From: Synechococcus sp.
GTDB lineage: Bacteria > Cyanobacteriota > Cyanobacteriia > Thermostichales > PCC-7336
Length of the DNA stretch: 17,976 bases
Assembly (NCBI GenBank): GCA_051439425.1
Contig: JBFRWD010000010.1
Span: forward strand, 1 to 17,976
Direction of reading: 5' to 3'
Positions 1 to 9,516 of this stretch are shown one piece after another. The notes under the pieces are model-generated. The model ran no database searches. It was not told the origin of the DNA and saw only the letters and a list, made by a program, of their open reading frames with translations. Positions within the stretch are counted from its first letter, which is position 1, and each line of letters starts with the position of its first letter. The position numbers were made by a program, and so were the translations under genes.

Positions 1-199
1 TACCGTTTAATCCACCGTCGGCCTGCTACAACCAATTTGGCTCAGACTGGTTATTTGACCGCTTGTAGTGCGGGGGGTTTGGTTGGGCACCCGCCGCTTT
101 CGCATTCCGCTAACAAAGCATGGCCAAAACCAGGCATCAGCGATCGTTCAGCCCCAACGGGCATCCAACATGATTCAGTAGAATAAGTTGCCGTCGCAG

Positions 200-808
200 A
201 TGGAACTGGTCATGGCATTCCCACTGCCAACTTCCCCCGCTTCTCCTCGCTTTCGCCCGTGCCAAATCGGCAGACATCACCGCTGGGCGATCGCTCTACC
301 CCAGCCCCAGCGATCGCTGCCATCGATGCGACCCCGCGACGGTCTCCACTCATATCCGGCGGCCCAGAGCACAGCAGAGCTAACACAAACCAAAAGGTCT
401 TTCCTGCAACCCGACAGTCATCAAAACAGCATCATCCCTATCACTCCTGTAGCTGAGGATTCCAGTGCGAACGAGCCCGGCACCAATGATTCGACTCCCG
501 AAGTAGAACTACCTTCACAACCCGTTCATTCGCAAGACAGGGATGATGAAGCAGTCACGATCGAAGCAGCGCGAGATCGCAGCAGCACAGGCCCCCATCC
601 AGACGCGTCCCTTGAAACAGAGCCTCAGGGTAGCTTGGATACAGAGGATCGTCCCGAGCTAGAACCCGATGCCGCTCTAGAAGCAGCCCGTCCCTCCAAT
701 GCAAAATCCAGCTCTGCTAGCTTCTATGAAGAAGCAAAGGCTGTCGCGCAATTGAGCACGATTGTCATGACAATTGTCGTTATTATTCTCTGGCTACTGC
801 TGCGTTAA
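200..808 (+). CDS. Hypothetical protein: long Pro/Ser/Glu/Asp-rich disordered region with one C-terminal transmembrane helix (tail-anchored)
   Basis: The ORF is open 188-808 (TTG); ATG at 200 or 212 is a more likely start. It has an acidic low-complexity middle and a hydrophobic tail LSTIVMTIVVIILWLLLR. Its stop overlaps the futB stop in TTAA 805-808. Confidence 0.65.
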   Translation: MELVMAFPLPTSPASPRFRPCQIGRHHRWAIALPQPQRSLPSMRPRDGLHSYPAAQSTAELTQTKRSFLQPDSHQNSIIPITPVAEDSSANEPGTNDSTPEVELPSQPVHSQDRDDEAVTIEAARDRSSTGPHPDASLETEPQGSLDTEDRPELEPDAALEAARPSNAKSSSASFYEEAKAVAQLSTIVMTIVVIILWLLLR

Positions 809-2532
809 GGACAATCCTGCTGGCGCGATCGCATTACAGTCAACACCAACAGAGTTGCCGGAATCATACCCACCAACACAATCGCCAGCGATCCTGGCGC
901 AGACTGAGTTAACCGTTCGTCCGATGCCAACCGATACACCCTGGCAGCCATCGTCTCGAAATTAAATGGCCGCAGCACAAGCGTCGCCGGCAACTCCTTG
1001 ACGACGTCCACAAACACCAACATAGCCGCGCTGAGCAAGCCACTGGTCATTAACGGAGCGTGCACCCGCCGTAGTGTTGCCAACGGGCCGTATCCCAAGC
1101 TGCGGGCCGCATCGTCCAACTCGGGTCGAATGCGTAGCAAACTGGATTCGATAGTATTGGCAGACACCGACAAGAAACGGACAACATAGGCATAAATCAA
1201 AATGGCCACTGTACCGCTCAGCAGCAAGCCGGTGGAGATATCAAACCGCTGCCGCATCCAAGCATCAACCGTGTTGTCGAACAATCCCGCTGGAATTAGC
1301 ACCCCTACAGCAATCACAGAGCCGGGAATTGCGTACCCCATCGTGGCCAAACGAGCCGATACACGCATCAAATTGTTATTGCCATGCAGGCGAATACCGT
1401 AAGCCAACACCAACGCAATCGTCACGGCGAGTGCCGAGGTCACCCCCGCTGCTAGCACAGAGTTGAAGGCATATCCCCAAAAACCTCGCTCCAGACCCGA
1501 CTGTGCTTGCCCAATCGCCCAAAACACCAGTGCACCACCAGGCACCACAAACCCCAGCAAGACCGGCAAAGCGCAGAATGTACCAGCGGCCCAGGCCCGC
1601 CAACCCGTCAGATCGTAACTGGGGGGCAAAATCCGACCAGGAGGGACTTGGTGGAAGCGAGTGCGCCCCCGAGACACCCTCTCCACAATCAAAATACTGA
1701 AGATAAACAGCATCAGAATCGCGGCCAATTGTGCAGCAGCTTCCGGCTCCCCCAAATTGCGCCAGGTCCGAAAAATGCCGGTGGTAAAGGTATCCACCCC
1801 GAAGAATTTCACAGTGCCGAAATCATTCAAGGTTTCCATCAGCACCAGCGCCACCCCTCCCGCGACCGCCGGACGGGCCAGCGGCAATGCCACCGTCCAA
1901 AACGTTCGCCAGGGTCCATTTCCCAAGCTCATACTGGCTTCCAACAGCGAGCGCGAGCGCTCCAAAAACGCCACTCGCGTCGGCAAATAGACGTAGGGAT
2001 AGAGCACTAGCACCAGCATGGCGATCGCTCCCCCCAGCGAGCGAATGGGCGGGAACCAATAATCCCGTGCCCCCCAACCGGTGAGTTCTCGTAACCAAGA
2101 CTGTACGGGACCCGCAACATCCAGCAAATCGGTGTAGGTGTAGGCCAATACGTAAGCCGGGGCCGCGATCGGCAACAGCAGTGCCCATTCAAACCAGCGA
2201 CGTCCCGGAAACTGACACAAGCTCACCAACCACGCTGTCCCCACCCCCACAATGGCTGTACCTGTGCCCACCCCCAACATTAGCCAAATCGAGTTGCGCA
2301 CGTAGCGAGGCAACACCGTACGACTGAGGTGATCCCACACATCCCCAGTGGGCGCGAAGATGTTGCTCAGCACCACCAAGATGGGAATGGAAATGAACAG
2401 CGCGATCGCCATCACCACCATCGTCCAGCCGCTCGGCACAAGGCGATGGGCAAGAGTAGAGAGCAGCGACGGGTGCGACGGCGATCGCTCAGTAGATACC
2501 CGATCGGGCACCTGAGAAGGCAACTGGTCCAT
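805..2532 (-). CDS. futB: Iron(III) ABC transporter permease (FutB/FbpB family)
   Basis: 575-aa polytopic protein with two EAA loops (LLEASMSLGNGPWRTFWTVALPLARP; LDDAARSLGYGPLATLRRVHAPL). It also has FbpB-type motifs METLNDFGTV and KELPATLVLRPFNFET. Confidence 0.9.
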   Translation of the reverse strand: MDQLPSQVPDRVSTERSPSHPSLLSTLAHRLVPSGWTMVVMAIALFISIPILVVLSNIFAPTGDVWDHLSRTVLPRYVRNSIWLMLGVGTGTAIVGVGTAWLVSLCQFPGRRWFEWALLLPIAAPAYVLAYTYTDLLDVAGPVQSWLRELTGWGARDYWFPPIRSLGGAIAMLVLVLYPYVYLPTRVAFLERSRSLLEASMSLGNGPWRTFWTVALPLARPAVAGGVALVLMETLNDFGTVKFFGVDTFTTGIFRTWRNLGEPEAAAQLAAILMLFIFSILIVERVSRGRTRFHQVPPGRILPPSYDLTGWRAWAAGTFCALPVLLGFVVPGGALVFWAIGQAQSGLERGFWGYAFNSVLAAGVTSALAVTIALVLAYGIRLHGNNNLMRVSARLATMGYAIPGSVIAVGVLIPAGLFDNTVDAWMRQRFDISTGLLLSGTVAILIYAYVVRFLSVSANTIESSLLRIRPELDDAARSLGYGPLATLRRVHAPLMTSGLLSAAMLVFVDVVKELPATLVLRPFNFETMAARVYRLASDERLTQSAPGSLAIVLVGMIPATLLVLTVMRSRQQDCP

Positions 2533-2550
2533 GTTGGTTGACGTTCTCGC

Positions 2551-4050
2551 TTAAGCGAGTACCCACTCCACTAATGTGCGTACGCCAAATCCAGTTCCAC
2601 CTTTGTTGGTATAGGAAAAGTCTTTATCGCTCCACACCGTCCCGGCAATGTCGAGGTGAGCCCAAGGGGTGTTGTCAACAAAGCGCTTCAGGAACAGAGC
2701 AGCACTAATAGCCCCTCCATCTCGACTACCAGTGTTTTTCATATCCGCCACCACCGATTTAAGGCTCTCGGCATAGCTATCTTCCATCGGCATTTGCCAC
2801 AGTTTTTCGCCCGCTCGCTCCGAAGCCGCCTTGAGCTCTGCTGCCAAACCGTCATTGGGGGAAAATAGGCCACTGATGCGCTTGCCCAAGGCAATCATGA
2901 TCGCCCCTGTCAACGTCGCCAGATCGACGATCGCATCCACTTCTAGCTTCTCGGCAAACACCAACGCATCCGCCAGCGTCAGACGACCTTCCGCATCGGT
3001 GTTGTTGATTTCAATCGTTTTCTGATTGGACGCGGTCAAAATATCCCCCGGATGCAGGGCACGACCGCTAATCATATTTTCGGTGGCAGCCACAATAAAG
3101 TGCACTTCCACATCGGGTTTGAGCGCCGCAATCGCCCGAGCAGCTCCCAAGGTTGCGGCCGAGCCCCCCATATCGGTTTTCATCATGCCGATGCTGGCCA
3201 TCCCCGTCTTGATGTTGAGGCCACCCGAGTCAAAGGTGAGTCCCTTTCCCACGATCGCCAACTTGCGTTTGGGGGTTCCCGCAGGTTTGTAGGTGAGATG
3301 AATGAACTGGGGAGGCAAGTCTGACGCCTGGGCTACTCCCAAAAACGCACCCATTTCGAGTGCTTCGCAGTCCGCCCAACCCAAGACTTCTATATCTAGT
3401 CCGTATTCATCAGCAATCTCGCGGGCTGTATTGGCCAGCTCCAGCGGAGTAACGACATTGGCAGGAGCTGCGACCAGCTCGCGAGCCAGCATAGTACCGT
3501 GGGCCATTTCCCGAGCCCGCGCACTGATGGTCTCATCTGCCGCTACCCCCAAGAGTGTCAGAGTATCCACTCCAAACCCATTGCCGTTCTCGCTCGACGA
3601 CTTGAAGCGGACGTCCCGATGAGCAACCAGCAAAGCGCTTTCCGTCATCGCTTGTAGGCGATCGCCATTGGATACATCGCCGGCAGGAAAGGCAAGAGCT
3701 GCAGTTTTCGCTTTTACTCGATTGGCGGCACGTAAGCCAGACGCCGCCGCCTGTCGCAGCCGATCGAGGGTCAACTCCTCAGCTTTCCCCAATCCCACCA
3801 AGACCACTTTCTTGGCAGCAGCTCCCACCCGAGTGGCAACCGTGGAAGCAATACCCCCCTTAAATTCCATTTCCTCAATCAGGTCGGCGATCGCCCCGCC
3901 CCAGACACTGCTATCTAACCCCTGTGCCCCCTCCGGCAATACAGGGCCATCCTCTGTCTGGAAGCACCCCAATGCCAAGCAATCCCCAGTCCATTCGGCA
4001 ATAGAGGTGCTGGCTGTTTCTAGATGCAGGGTAGGAGCTTGAATTTCCAT
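2551..4050 (-). CDS. pepA: Leucyl aminopeptidase (M17 family)
   Basis: Signature NTDAEGRL, with metal-ligand motifs [11 protein letters not shown] and MKTDMGG, plus DLATLTGA and WAHLDIAG; 499 aa. Confidence 0.96.
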   Translation of the reverse strand: MEIQAPTLHLETASTSIAEWTGDCLALGCFQTEDGPVLPEGAQGLDSSVWGGAIADLIEEMEFKGGIASTVATRVGAAAKKVVLVGLGKAEELTLDRLRQAAASGLRAANRVKAKTAALAFPAGDVSNGDRLQAMTESALLVAHRDVRFKSSSENGNGFGVDTLTLLGVAADETISARAREMAHGTMLARELVAAPANVVTPLELANTAREIADEYGLDIEVLGWADCEALEMGAFLGVAQASDLPPQFIHLTYKPAGTPKRKLAIVGKGLTFDSGGLNIKTGMASIGMMKTDMGGSAATLGAARAIAALKPDVEVHFIVAATENMISGRALHPGDILTASNQKTIEINNTDAEGRLTLADALVFAEKLEVDAIVDLATLTGAIMIALGKRISGLFSPNDGLAAELKAASERAGEKLWQMPMEDSYAESLKSVVADMKNTGSRDGGAISAALFLKRFVDNTPWAHLDIAGTVWSDKDFSYTNKGGTGFGVRTLVEWVLA

Positions 4051-4843
4051 AGTCGTGATGCAATGCGGTTTTTGCTCAGCGTGACAGATTGATTTAGCGT
4101 GACTGTATTTAGTGAAATCTCGCCAATCGAATGTCGTGTGATTTATTCAGACTACTGCACGGCTTGGTGCGCTCGCCGGGAAGTTGGCGAACTGAGCGTC
4201 GGCGAAATGCAACGCCCACAAGAGCACGGGCGGCTGGATATTGCGAAATCTAGGCGTTAGAGAGAGTTACTACCTGAATAGAGCGGTTGGGCTCTAAGCC
4301 TATTGGGGTCGTCAAACTTGCTTAGGCTGGCAAAGAGGGGATGCCATCCAATAACCCTGAAATTGCAGGCATCCTGTAGACGGTTGCGCGCCCATCACTT
4401 TTCACCTGCACAATCCTGGCGGTCGCGTAATGTTTCGAAACGTTCCAACGTCTCATCCAGCCAGAAAGAATCAGGTCAAGATAAGAAATAGGCCCAGCTT
4501 GCGAACGCCTTGTGTCAAACGACCTCAGCAGTTTTGCCCTGGCAATCAAGCTGCAGTCATTCCCAGAATTACTGTCTCGCCCCAGAGATCCAAGCTCTCC
4601 CTAAGTCTAAGCCTCTAGAGTACGGCGACCATCCAGCAAGATCGGCTGCAGTTCTCATATAGCAGCGAGCTAAGGAGATATGAGTTTCGAGTCGTTGGAT
4701 TGTTATAGAAAGTCCCAGAATCTGGAGACAGCTCAAAGCTCTGATTTGCAGGGAAGATGGGCTCGAGAATCTTCATAGCGGCTGCTCGATCGCTATCGTT
4801 AAGGATGTTTTGTGAGTCTCGATCCTGGATGAAAAGGTGCGCA

Positions 4844-5266
4844 ATGGTTGCCACTCCTCAGAAAGTCGATCTAAACAGCACGTATCCTTGTCCCATCCCA
4901 TACTGTCAGGGAGGGAAATTGCAACCCATAACGCTGACACAAGCCTGGGGTTGCTTTCAATGCCAGCATGTCTTTACTCCAACATCAGACTTCTTGGCGA
5001 TCGAGTCACAGTCTAGCTACCTCCAAGCAGGCTATAGCCAAACCTGGTATTGGCAGGGGCAACGCTGGGTGAAAGTCAGCTCAGTGCCAAGCCCATCAGG
5101 TCTGTGGTTCACATTGGTCATTCTGACTGTCGTGGCGGTAGCGGCGATCGTCGTTCTACCTCCGCTCCTAGAACCCGCCATTCCGGCAATCATTGTTACA
5201 GTTTTCAGCTGTGTATTAACGATTTGGGCTGTTTTTCGGTTGTGTTTTGATGGGGATGAGCAGTGA
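4844..5266 (+). CDS. Cyanobacterial hypothetical membrane protein with an N-terminal four-Cys (zinc-ribbon-like) motif and two C-terminal TM helices
   Basis: YPCPIPYC...WGCFQCQHVF, then WYWQGQRW and two hydrophobic segments. ATG 4844 (MVATPQK) is preferred over the ORF start 4757. Confidence 0.75.
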   Translation: MVATPQKVDLNSTYPCPIPYCQGGKLQPITLTQAWGCFQCQHVFTPTSDFLAIESQSSYLQAGYSQTWYWQGQRWVKVSSVPSPSGLWFTLVILTVVAVAAIVVLPPLLEPAIPAIIVTVFSCVLTIWAVFRLCFDGDEQ

Positions 5267-5713
5267 AACCCAAGAAGCTTTTACAAGCAACTGCCTCTGT
5301 TGCATCCTGCCTGCCAGCAGGACTATGTCGAATGATGAGATAAGACGTCGACGCACTCTGTCCAAGCAGAATCGAGCTCTAGATACCCGCAATGACATCA
5401 AGCTGAACCGCAAAGGCTCTCCCATCTAAGCAGTATATAAATGGTCCCCTGACGATAGACGGATGTATTATCGTACCGGCTCGTCCGTATGTCTCCCCTC
5501 GATGACGGGTTACCCGAGAGGGAGCACGGTAGTCGCTAGAACAGTAAAACAACACGGATGCTGGTAGTGTCCTGTCAATCAATTTAGAGATTCAATCCCA
5601 GTATCTGTTGTGTCCTCTTAAATCCGACCTCAAACCCAATTCGAATGGCACGTTTTCAATTCAGAGGTTCCTTGAGTCGCTCTTGATTTCAACGGCTTTT
5701 ACGAGAGTTTGCG

Positions 5714-6967
5714 GTGAATAATTTCGATCTCAGTACCACCCTCCGCCAGGCAGTCCGAGCCCAGTCTCCCCTCAGCCTGCTGAAAGGAGAAATCAAAAAT
5801 CAGGCATTGCGAGCTGTTGCAGACATCTTGCAAGAGCAAAGCGACACTGTGCTTGAAGCCAACACGATTGACCTAGAGCACGCGCGAGGCCAGCACCAAG
5901 CCAAGTGGATGCTGGATGGAATGAAGCTGACCCCCGAACGAGTCAAATATGCCGCAAAACAACTGATTGCCCTCTCTCGCCTGCCCGATCCAGTGGACGC
6001 TGTCGATCGGACGTGGAATTACGACACGGGGGTGTCGTTAGTCAGGCGACGTATCCCGCTCGGAGTTGTGGGATTAGCTTACGAGGTTTATCCCGAAATC
6101 CAAGTGGGTGGCATTGGGATGGCTCTCAAATCGGGCAATGCTGTTGTGGTAGCAGGAAGTCCCAGTTTGGCTGCAACGCAGACAGCCATTGTCGATTTAT
6201 TCAGCACTGCTGCATATGCTTCGGGTATCCCCGAGGGAGCAATCCAGTCGATACCCAGCGCCAGCCCGGAGGGGCTACAAGCGTTGCTGCATCAAGAGAG
6301 ATACATTGACCTCATGCTGCTATGCGGACGCGGTAGTTGGGTAGAGCGAATGCAGGAGCAAAGCACGGTTCCCACTATCTCAGCTCAATTTGGTCGCGGC
6401 CATGTCTACCTTGCCGCCAGTGCCAGTTGGGAACAAGTCCTCAATACTCTGTTGGCAAGTGACTATCATCAAGTCAACTTAGGCGACTTGCAGCGCCGCT
6501 TTCAGATTCCAGTCATGGGCATCATCATGCACGAGGCATGGGCCGAACGGCATCTGGATGCCCTAATCGTTCAGTTACGCGAGCGTGAAGTCATACTCGA
6601 TCCTGACGACCGAGTGCTGTCAATATTGCCCAATCTGGCCAATAGAGGCGATACGGCGGCGGGAGTGCCCTTGCGGATTGTCTCGACGTTGGATGAAGCG
6701 GTTGGCTGGCTTTGCAAGCATAGCTACGGACAATTAGAGGGTATTGTGACCAATTCGCTGTCAGATGTCGATACATTTTCGCGATCGCTGACCGCCAGTA
6801 GCGTATACGTCAATTGTCTGCCCCATCTGGGAGATCCGCGCAATTCACAATTGGGGGCATTCCTGGGAATTTCCACATCTAAGCTGCATGCTCGTGGGCC
6901 GATCGGGTTAGAAAATTTGACCACTGTGAAGTACATTGCCACAGGCTCGGCGATGCCGTCTTCGTAG
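5714..6967 (+). CDS. proA: Divergent gamma-glutamyl phosphate reductase-like protein (ProA paralogue, ALDH fold), possibly non-catalytic
   Basis: 417 aa with ProA landmarks LEANTIDL, LPDPV, IPLGVVG, LKSGNAV and GISTSKLHARGPIGLENLTTVKY. The catalytic CNAxET motif is absent, so the symbol denotes family only. Confidence 0.8.
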   Translation: MNNFDLSTTLRQAVRAQSPLSLLKGEIKNQALRAVADILQEQSDTVLEANTIDLEHARGQHQAKWMLDGMKLTPERVKYAAKQLIALSRLPDPVDAVDRTWNYDTGVSLVRRRIPLGVVGLAYEVYPEIQVGGIGMALKSGNAVVVAGSPSLAATQTAIVDLFSTAAYASGIPEGAIQSIPSASPEGLQALLHQERYIDLMLLCGRGSWVERMQEQSTVPTISAQFGRGHVYLAASASWEQVLNTLLASDYHQVNLGDLQRRFQIPVMGIIMHEAWAERHLDALIVQLREREVILDPDDRVLSILPNLANRGDTAAGVPLRIVSTLDEAVGWLCKHSYGQLEGIVTNSLSDVDTFSRSLTASSVYVNCLPHLGDPRNSQLGAFLGISTSKLHARGPIGLENLTTVKYIATGSAMPSS

Positions 6968-7053
6968 CCTCCATCAATGCCCACCGGTGGCTTGTTTGGA
7001 AGAGAGATCGCTCTCACCCGAGCAAACCTGTTACTGATCGTGTCAGACGCCCA

Positions 7054-7082
7054 CTGACAAAATGTCCCCCAAACACTAAGAT
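7054..7082 (+). promoter_or_regulatory. Putative sigma70-type promoter of gltX
   Basis: CTGACA (7054-7059), a 17-nt spacer, then TAAGAT (7077-7082), 27 nt before the GTG start. The -35 hexamer is also one arm of a TGTCAG-N7-CTGACA palindrome (7041-7059). Confidence 0.4.
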
Positions 7083-7109
7083 GCAGATCGGCTTTTTGGG
7101 GATAAATCT

Positions 7110-8546
7110 GTGACTGTTCGCGTGCGCATCGCGCCCAGCCCTACGGGGAATTTGCACATCGGTACGGCCCGCACAGCGGTCTTTAACTGGCTGTACGCAC
7201 GGCGATACGGCGGACGGATGATTCTGCGCATTGAAGACACCGACCGCGAGCGGTCGCAGCCACGCTACACCCGCAATATTCTCGAAGGCTTATCTTGGCT
7301 CGGTCTGGATTGGGATGAAGGGCCGTTTTACCAAACCGATCGCCTGGAGCGCTATCGCCAAGTGATTCAAGAGCTTCTAGATAAAGGATTGGCCTACAAG
7401 TCCTATACCAGCTCCGAAGAGCTGGATGCCATGCGAGCGGCCCAGAAGGCAGCTGGGAAAGCCCCTCGCTACGACAATCGAGATCGCAATCTCACCCCCG
7501 AACAGATTGCCGCTTATGAAGCGGAAGGCCGTCAGCCAGTCATCCGATTCAAGATCGAAGAACCCATGGAAGTGAGTTGGATCGACCAAATTCGTGGCGA
7601 GATTTCTTGGAATACCCAGGACTTGGGCGGTGACATGGTGATCGCAAAAGCAGATAGTCAACCGCTCTACAACCTGGCAGTGGTGGTGGATGACATTGAT
7701 ATGACTATCACCCACGTCATTCGCGGCGAAGATCACATCGGTAACACGCCCAAGCAGATTCTGCTGTACCGAGCATTGGGATACGAGCCTCCTACCTTTG
7801 CCCACTCTCCTTTGATCCTCAATCCCGAAGGGCGAAAGCTATCGAAGCGGGATGGAGCAACGTCTGTGGCAGAGTTCCAACAAATGGGATTTATACCGGA
7901 GGCGCTGAAAAACTATCTGGCGCTGTTGAGTTGGTCGTCGCCAGATGGGGAAGAAGTGTTTTCTCTAGACGACGCTGCCACGAAGTTTGAGTTCGATCGC
8001 GTCACTAAATCCGCCGCCCGTTTCGATTGGGACAAACTCAATTGGCTGAACAGCCAGTACATTCGCCAGCTCTCCCCCGTTCAGCAAGTGGAGAAACTGA
8101 CTCCCTTCTGGATGGCGGCGGGTCTTGGCCTCGAGGGGATACCCAGTCAGGCTTGGATGGAAGCCATGGCAGGACTGATTGCCGAAGGGCTGACTCATCT
8201 GACAGAAGCGGCTCCGATTAGCCGATACTTGCTGGTGGAAGAGCTAACCTATAGCTCCGATGCTATCGCTCAACTCCGTCTACCCAATGTGGCTGGGGCA
8301 ATCGCAGCAGTAGCCTCGGCTGTATCTGAAATCGATCCGGAAACTCCAGAATTACAAGCTGCGTTAAAAACGGCTGTGGGCGACGCCGCCAAATCCCAAG
8401 GGGTAAAGAAGGGGTTGGTGATGAAGTCTTTACGAGCTGCGTTAACAGGAGCGTTGCGCGGCCCCGATTTGATGACGTCGTTCGAGCTATTGCATCAGCG
8501 AAACTGGGCGATCGCCCGCCTGGAGGCAGTAGCGGCCCTGCAGTAA
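7110..8546 (+). CDS. gltX: Glutamate--tRNA ligase
   Basis: Motifs RIAPSPTGNLHIGTAR (HIGH), LRIEDTD, THVIRGEDH and KLSKR (KMSKS); C-terminal anticodon-binding domain (LRAALTG..GPDL). Confidence 0.97.
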   Translation: MTVRVRIAPSPTGNLHIGTARTAVFNWLYARRYGGRMILRIEDTDRERSQPRYTRNILEGLSWLGLDWDEGPFYQTDRLERYRQVIQELLDKGLAYKSYTSSEELDAMRAAQKAAGKAPRYDNRDRNLTPEQIAAYEAEGRQPVIRFKIEEPMEVSWIDQIRGEISWNTQDLGGDMVIAKADSQPLYNLAVVVDDIDMTITHVIRGEDHIGNTPKQILLYRALGYEPPTFAHSPLILNPEGRKLSKRDGATSVAEFQQMGFIPEALKNYLALLSWSSPDGEEVFSLDDAATKFEFDRVTKSAARFDWDKLNWLNSQYIRQLSPVQQVEKLTPFWMAAGLGLEGIPSQAWMEAMAGLIAEGLTHLTEAAPISRYLLVEELTYSSDAIAQLRLPNVAGAIAAVASAVSEIDPETPELQAALKTAVGDAAKSQGVKKGLVMKSLRAALTGALRGPDLMTSFELLHQRNWAIARLEAVAALQ

Positions 8547-8667
8547 TCCAATCTGCCGAATAGCTCAAAATATCGGGCAGCCAAAGGTGCCGGATCGTTT
8601 AAAGGCTGCCAGTATCAATACCTAGTGCGTTACCCTAAACGATAGCCATTCGTTTTGTTATTACACC

Positions 8668-8868
8668 GTGAATTTTAAAAGTAGTCTGCTGTTGTTTGCG
8701 TCCTGCTTCTGCGGTGTGGGGGTCACCGGTTGCGCGTTCGAGCTGGCCTATGGAAGCCCCAAATTTGGAGTGCTGGCCAACTACATCCTGCTGGCGATCG
8801 GTATTCCGGTGATGGTGGGCCTTTTCCTCGGTGCAGTGAAGGTGGCCAATGCCCAGAACGAAGAGTAA
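8668..8868 (+). CDS. Small two-TM hypothetical protein (cyanobacterial type)
   Basis: 66 aa, GTG start. Two hydrophobic helices flank a FELAYGSP loop. It fills the gap between gltX and the convergent TerB-like gene. Confidence 0.7.
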   Translation: MNFKSSLLLFASCFCGVGVTGCAFELAYGSPKFGVLANYILLAIGIPVMVGLFLGAVKVANAQNEE

Positions 8869-8933
8869 GTTTTGCGATGAATCGGGTCCTTAGGAGAACT
8901 CAAGCTGCCCCATAACGACGGTCGAAGCAAGAG

Positions 8934-9419
8934 TCAGCTGTCGCAGTGGCGTGAAAATCCGTTCACAAGCACTTCCAGAGGATCTGCCCCATCTTCACCC
9001 AATTCCTGTTTGGCCTCTTCAGACACATCGTGGATGACCTCGGGCGGTAGCTTCAGCATTGCAGCCAGCTTGTGAAATGCATCCAGCTCCTGCAAATTGA
9101 CCAGCGGCTCCCCTTCGCTGCGGGCACTGGCTTCAATTGTCAGGTAGCCCAACTTGAGGATCAGGCGGCGATCGCCCTCGTCAGGCAGCTTGGGCAACAC
9201 TTCTTCTAGGGGCACGTTTTGACTGAAGTAATCTGCCAGCTTTTGTGACAGTTCTGCTTGGCTGGACTCATCCGTCGCAAAGGCTGCCGACAGCTTGCTG
9301 GCCATCATGTCAATTTCCCCCGGTTCGAGCACTCCATCGGCCCACGCCATTGCCGTCACGGCTCGGAGTATATTCATCTGCTTGGGGGAAATCGCAGGAG
9401 GGGGAGGGGTTGCTACCAT
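8934..9419 (-). CDS. TerB-family (tellurite-resistance-like) protein
   Basis: N-terminal LRAVTAMAWADGVLEPGEIDMM matches the TerB pattern A.ADG....E; acidic, helical, 161 aa. Confidence 0.8.
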   Translation of the reverse strand: MVATPPPPAISPKQMNILRAVTAMAWADGVLEPGEIDMMASKLSAAFATDESSQAELSQKLADYFSQNVPLEEVLPKLPDEGDRRLILKLGYLTIEASARSEGEPLVNLQELDAFHKLAAMLKLPPEVIHDVSEEAKQELGEDGADPLEVLVNGFSRHCDS

Positions 9420-9516
9420 GGCACGTTTCCAGAGTCTCCTATGGCTGTAGTCTACGAACGATCGCCGAACCCCGGCACCACCGCTTCACATTCTGGAACA
9501 GTTGATGGGTCGTTTT

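Noticed and set aside
1..186. Frame +1 open from the window start to TAA 184-186
   Set aside because: It could be the 3' end of an upstream gene, but the 61-aa translation has no recognisable features.
4303..4854. Short ORFs of 62-79 aa on both strands in the gap upstream of pepA
   Set aside because: They overlap each other, mostly have weak starts and show no motifs; probably chance frames.
5216..5582. Short ORFs (60-69 aa) and a CTCCC-CTCG/CGAG-GGGAG hairpin upstream of the ProA-like gene
   Set aside because: No recognisable product, and no riboswitch or T-box consensus found.
8547..8667. Possible tRNA after gltX; GGCAGCC/GGCTGCC inverted repeat at 8576-8610
   Set aside because: No cloverleaf or T-loop GTTCRA. 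The hairpin lacks a U-tract, so it is not called a terminator.
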